In this document: positions 59,819 to 64,000 of the stretch, one piece after another
Layout: the number at the start of each line of letters is the position of its first letter
Numbering within the stretch: position 1 is the stretch's first letter
Assembly (NCBI GenBank): GCA_010909165.1
Contig: VJWM01000173.1
Location: 434,001 to 498,000, forward strand
Direction: 5' to 3'
DNA from: Anthoceros angustus
Lineage: Eukaryota > Plantae > Anthocerotophyta
DNA length: 64,000 nucleotides
Program-made: the position numbers and the translations under genes
The notes under the pieces: model-generated
Told to the model about the DNA's origin: nothing
Database searches by the model: none
Seen by the model: only the letters and a program-made list of their open reading frames with translations

Positions 59819-62800
59819 GAGATCTAAGCCTTTTTTTTTTTTTAATGCCCAATAAAGTTTTTCTTCTTAATCAACCAAGGTTAGGGTGATTTAACATACA
59901 CTATGCCTAAACTTCTCATGTGTTTGTTTTGTAAATCTTGTCCTAAAGACTTAGTTAGGATATCAATTTGGGTTCTCATGGGTTTGGACATAACTTATGT
60001 TTATTGTCTTATTTTCTAGCATTTCTCGAATGTAGTGATATTCAACGGCTATATGCTTGGTCCGAGAGTGAAAGGCGGGGTTTCTAGCTAAGGCTATGGC
60101 TCCACGGCTATCACTAAATAGAGAGTGGGATCATTCGAGGATGACCAAGTTCACTTAAAGCTAACGCTCCGGACAATATCCTTGGGGCGAGGTTAGGACT
60201 CTATATTCGGACTCGATGCCAGAGGGCAATGGTTGGTTGTTTCTTACTTGACCATGATATGGGTGCTCCTCCCGGTAATAATATGTAACGGATACGGACT
60301 TGCGGTGTCGGATCGGCATAATCGATCAAAAATGCTGCTAGAATTAACCGGGATGCGGGTCGATGCTTAAACATTAATCCAGTGTGCATAGTGCCTTTGA
60401 GATATCTAAATATTCGTTTGACGGATGCCCAATGTTCTCTTCCGAGTTTTCAAGAAATTGGGAACATGCACTTGAAGGAGATGTCGGGTCTTGTAAAATT
60501 GCTTAAATAAATCAAGGTACCCACCGCATGTCTATAAGGGAACTAACATCTCTTGTTTTCATCTGTTTGAGGGCTCATAGCTTTAGTGAGCAGAATGCCA
60601 CTTGCAAATGGTGTAGTGGATGGCTTAGCATCTTCAAGTCCAAACTTGGCTAAGCTTTCTTTTATATACTTAGTTTGTACTAAGCTTAAAGTTTTGTTGC
60701 CTCTATCCCTTATAATATTAACCCCAAGGGCATAAGTCATCTCTCCTAAATCGGTCATTTCAAAATGACTTTTAACCATGCCTTGGTTTTGACTAAGAGA
60801 GAGTGAGGATGAGGCCATAAATAAGTCTCAACATAGAGCGGAGATATAGAAAATCACTACGATTTCAATATGTACATGCTAGCATCTTGCTTTGTCGAAA
60901 GCCTCGGTTAACTAGCTTGACATGTATGACGTTCCATTCTTTGCTGATTGCTTGAGCCATAAAAGGCACTTAATGAGTTTGCATACCAAGTCTTCCTTTC
61001 CCTTGACCTCATAGCCCTCACATTTCATATAAATTTCTTCTTCTGCGCGCCCATGAAGGTATCTTGTTTTGGCGTCCATCATATGGAGGTGTAGGTCATA
61101 TTGTGCGGTTAAGGCAAAGATCATTCTTAGGGAGGCAAACTTGGTGCATAGGTGGCCGTATGTAATCTAAACCGGTGTCTGGTAAACCCTCTTGCCACTA
61201 AGCGTGCCTTATATCTTTCTATGGAACCATCGCCCTTTCTTTTATTTTGAATACCCACTTGCTAGTCACTATCTTTCTTCCCTTAGGTGGTTTCACTAAT
61301 TCCCATGTAGAATTCTTGACTAATGAGTCGTACTCGAATCTCTGACTACTTTCCACAAGTCTTTCTCGGAGAGGAAAATGCTTGTTTTAAGGTAAGCGGC
61401 TCTTGGATCAAGCGTGGCTTTGTATACTGACTTGATGATAAGGTGAAAAGGCTGGATCATCTATGGTAGCAAGGTATCCAAGGGTGGTTCCTTCCATCCT
61501 GCAGTCTGGAATGTTAGGTCTAGTTCTCGGTTGTACCTCGAGCGGGTTGTTGTTGTGGAATATTTTCTTCAATGTCGACTTCCTCATGAGGGGCTCTTGT
61601 GTTGGTGAGTCGAGACTCATCTTCTTGACTCTTCGTCAATCTCGTCATCATGCACAATTCGTTCATTCTCGGGATAATGAAATGTCCACGAGATGATAGT
61701 CATCCTCAAGTGGAGAGGTTCTTGTGTCGGGATCGGTGTAGTAGGTCGGCGTGGAATATGTTCTAACACTCCTCCTCCTCCTGCGAGTAGGTTCAACAAA
61801 AGGAGCAGCGAGGAGGCGGATGAAGGGTGACATATTCATCATCATCAAAAGATGAGGACCCGTTTGCATCCCGAAGGGAACATCGAGAGTGGCGGAGCTC
61901 CCAAGGGAAAGTAAAGGGGACTCATGAAAAGTCACGCTCTGGCATAGATAATTTTCCGTGGAAGGGTGGAATAACTTATATCCTTTGATGCCTTAGTAGC
62001 CAATGAAAGTATACTTGCCTTAGGTCTAACTTGCGTTGTACTTTGGGTATAAAACATACGCGGTGATCCAAAAATCGAAGATGGTCAATGGAGGCTTGCG
62101 ACGTGAAAGCTTCATAAGGTGTCATACCTTGGAGAGGTGGGCAATCGATTGAGGAGATACGTTCTTCATAATAATCATTAATAACTCTTGGATAGTTGGG
62201 CTTGAGTGAGCAAGCAACCGATGATCTCTTGTAGGCGTAAATTCTTATTCTGCGGCGCCATTCTTTGAGGAGTGTGTACCACGTGAGTTGCTGAGCTATT
62301 CCTTCAGCTCGGCAAAAATCAGCAAAATTATTGGATGTAAACTTCGCCACCATTGTCGAGCGCAATGTTTTGAGTTTCTTATCCGTAAGTCGTCGCCCAC
62401 ATCATGTAATCCTTGAAAAGCGAAAGGCTGGCTTTTGTGTCTCGGGATATAGGTGAGGACAAAAGCGAGTAATCATCAATGAAGGTTAAAAAGTATGCAA
62501 CCACTAAATGAAGGCGAAATGGGACCACAAATGTCTTGTATGAACCAACTCAAGAGGTGCCTTAGCCATGTGGAGATGGGTTATGAAAAGGAGCTTGGTG
62601 CCGTTTGGTGACAACACAAGCTTCACACCAAGGCAGGGGTTCTATCTTGGAGAGGAGGGTGATCGATAAAATTTCCCTTAGACATTTGGATCGACACGGC
62701 TATTAGGATGACCTAAGCAGCGTGCAAAGCATAGTATGGGAGGAGGTGGCGGGAATTTTGGGAAGCTACATTGATGAGATGTGAGGGACCCACTTGGTGA

Positions 62801-64000
62801 GAGTTTGTATAGTCCATCTTCTAGTGTACTGAGGATGGTGTGCGACTTACTTGATAGATAAGAAAGAAGACAAATATCGCTTGGAGGAGAATTTGCATGC
62901 TATGTTGAACACAAACTAGCGGTGACACTAGGTTTTACACATGGATGGTACATGGAGGACATGAGAGAGAGAGAACTTGGCACGAAGAGCATCACGAGAA
63001 CAAGAACCTACACGAGATTGTGAGGTTATGATCATCGGGGTTTGATGTCCTATAATGGCGAGTAAGACTCAAAAGAGTTTAAGTTGTGAGATATGAGATG
63101 TAGCACCTTGTCTAAATACCAATATTGGTTGGAGGGCTTGGATGATGCCAAGCATACGGTGAGAATCTTGATGGCGTTCTTGAGCTCTTTTCTTCAGCAA
63201 CATTTGCTCGAGGGTAGCCTCCTTCTTGGGCTCGCCGTTCTTCTTCTTATGTGATCCTTCTCCATGTGATTGATTTGCACCAATTACAAATAACTCCAGC
63301 CTTCTTCTTACCTCTTGCGGTGTGGAAGAAGCGCGTTCTCCATCGGGAGAATTAGGATTTGGCCTAGGAGGAAAGGGTCTTCCGCGGCCTCGGCCACGCC
63401 CTCTTCCTCTGCCTCGTCACTGTAAACATCACTGTTTGCACGGTAGATCGCGATTCTCTTGTCGACGGCATCCTCTGTATAATGGCTCCAATTAATTCAT
63501 CAGCGCGATATCCAGCGTATTGGAGCCGATTGCATTCTTTTCTTTACGTGCGGCTCTAAGGGCATTTTGTGTTGTCACAAAGGACCTATAGGAGGGTGGT
63601 AAGGAGGCAAGGAGAGCAATAAAAGCTGCTTCTCGGTAAGTTTCTCGTCGGATGATGCTTGAAATTATTCTTAGCAACACGGAAAGCGTGATATGATGAT
63701 CAATGGAATCATTCTCCTTCATTTTCGTTGTGGAGATGACGGTAGCGATCAATAAGCTCATCCGTCTTTAGAGGCATATAATTGAGCTAGACGCTCCCAC
63801 GTATTATGAGATGTGCGGCTCACGAAACTTGGCGTACCATGAATTCGGTAAGACCTTGAAGAAGGATATCTCGGCCCTTAAGTCCTTAGCGTCCCATTCT
63901 TCATGTTTATCTTCGTCCCAAAGGTGTCGGTCTCGGTTCCTCGACAATATTCCATAGGCCATGACTACGTCCTTGCGCTCGGTCTTGCCATACATCATAT

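Larger units (their letters stand above)
57626..64000 (-). mobile_element. Ty1/copia family B element nested in A2; 3' LTR 57626-57892 (duplicate at 56885-57148), PPT 57893-57904; runs off the right edge
   Basis: Gag with CNWC knuckle near 63280; protease WYLD near 63115; integrase LELVH and IDDYS 62470-62555; RT KWVFKIK and YKARLVA near 61200; RNase H ISWSSKKQPTIAL and KHIAVEYHYIRE; LTR inverted ends TAATGAAA...TTTCATCA; PPT agtgagtgggag. Confidence 0.92.

Overview
Eukaryotic nuclear DNA from a transposon-dense region of a seed-free land plant. A hornwort is my best inference, from the lengthened L motifs and WW-type PG box of the PPR protein; this is not verified. There are two clear host genes, both on the minus strand. 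One is a very long intronless PLS-E PPR RNA-editing factor (28546-23377) that stops before a DYW deaminase. The other is an 11-exon RNase III-like gene (44609-41696) that I spliced by hand into an open ~621-aa protein with the order RNaseIII-dsRBD-RNaseIII-dsRBD-dsRBD. The rest is nested mobile DNA: an Athila/Tat-type Ty3/gypsy element, two CACTA elements, three members of one Ty1/copia family (family A), a second copia family (B), a CRE/RLE-type non-LTR relic, MULE- and hAT-like relics and many local tandem duplications. Best leads: (1) copia family A has symmetric AGTT...AACT LTR ends instead of TG...CA, supported by a target-site duplication and by in-frame rejoining of the interrupted CACTA transposase, and it carries a ~1.9 kb coding-like leader ahead of gag; (2) copia B carries an intron-containing antisense Cys/His-rich gene between pol and its 3' LTR; (3) the RNase III gene arose by tandem duplication of a DCL1-like RIIIb-dsRBD module, and its first catalytic site is degenerate. 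Repeats are full of single-base indels while unique sequence is clean, so many frameshifts and some duplications may be long-read consensus errors. All calls are by eye; no searches were run.
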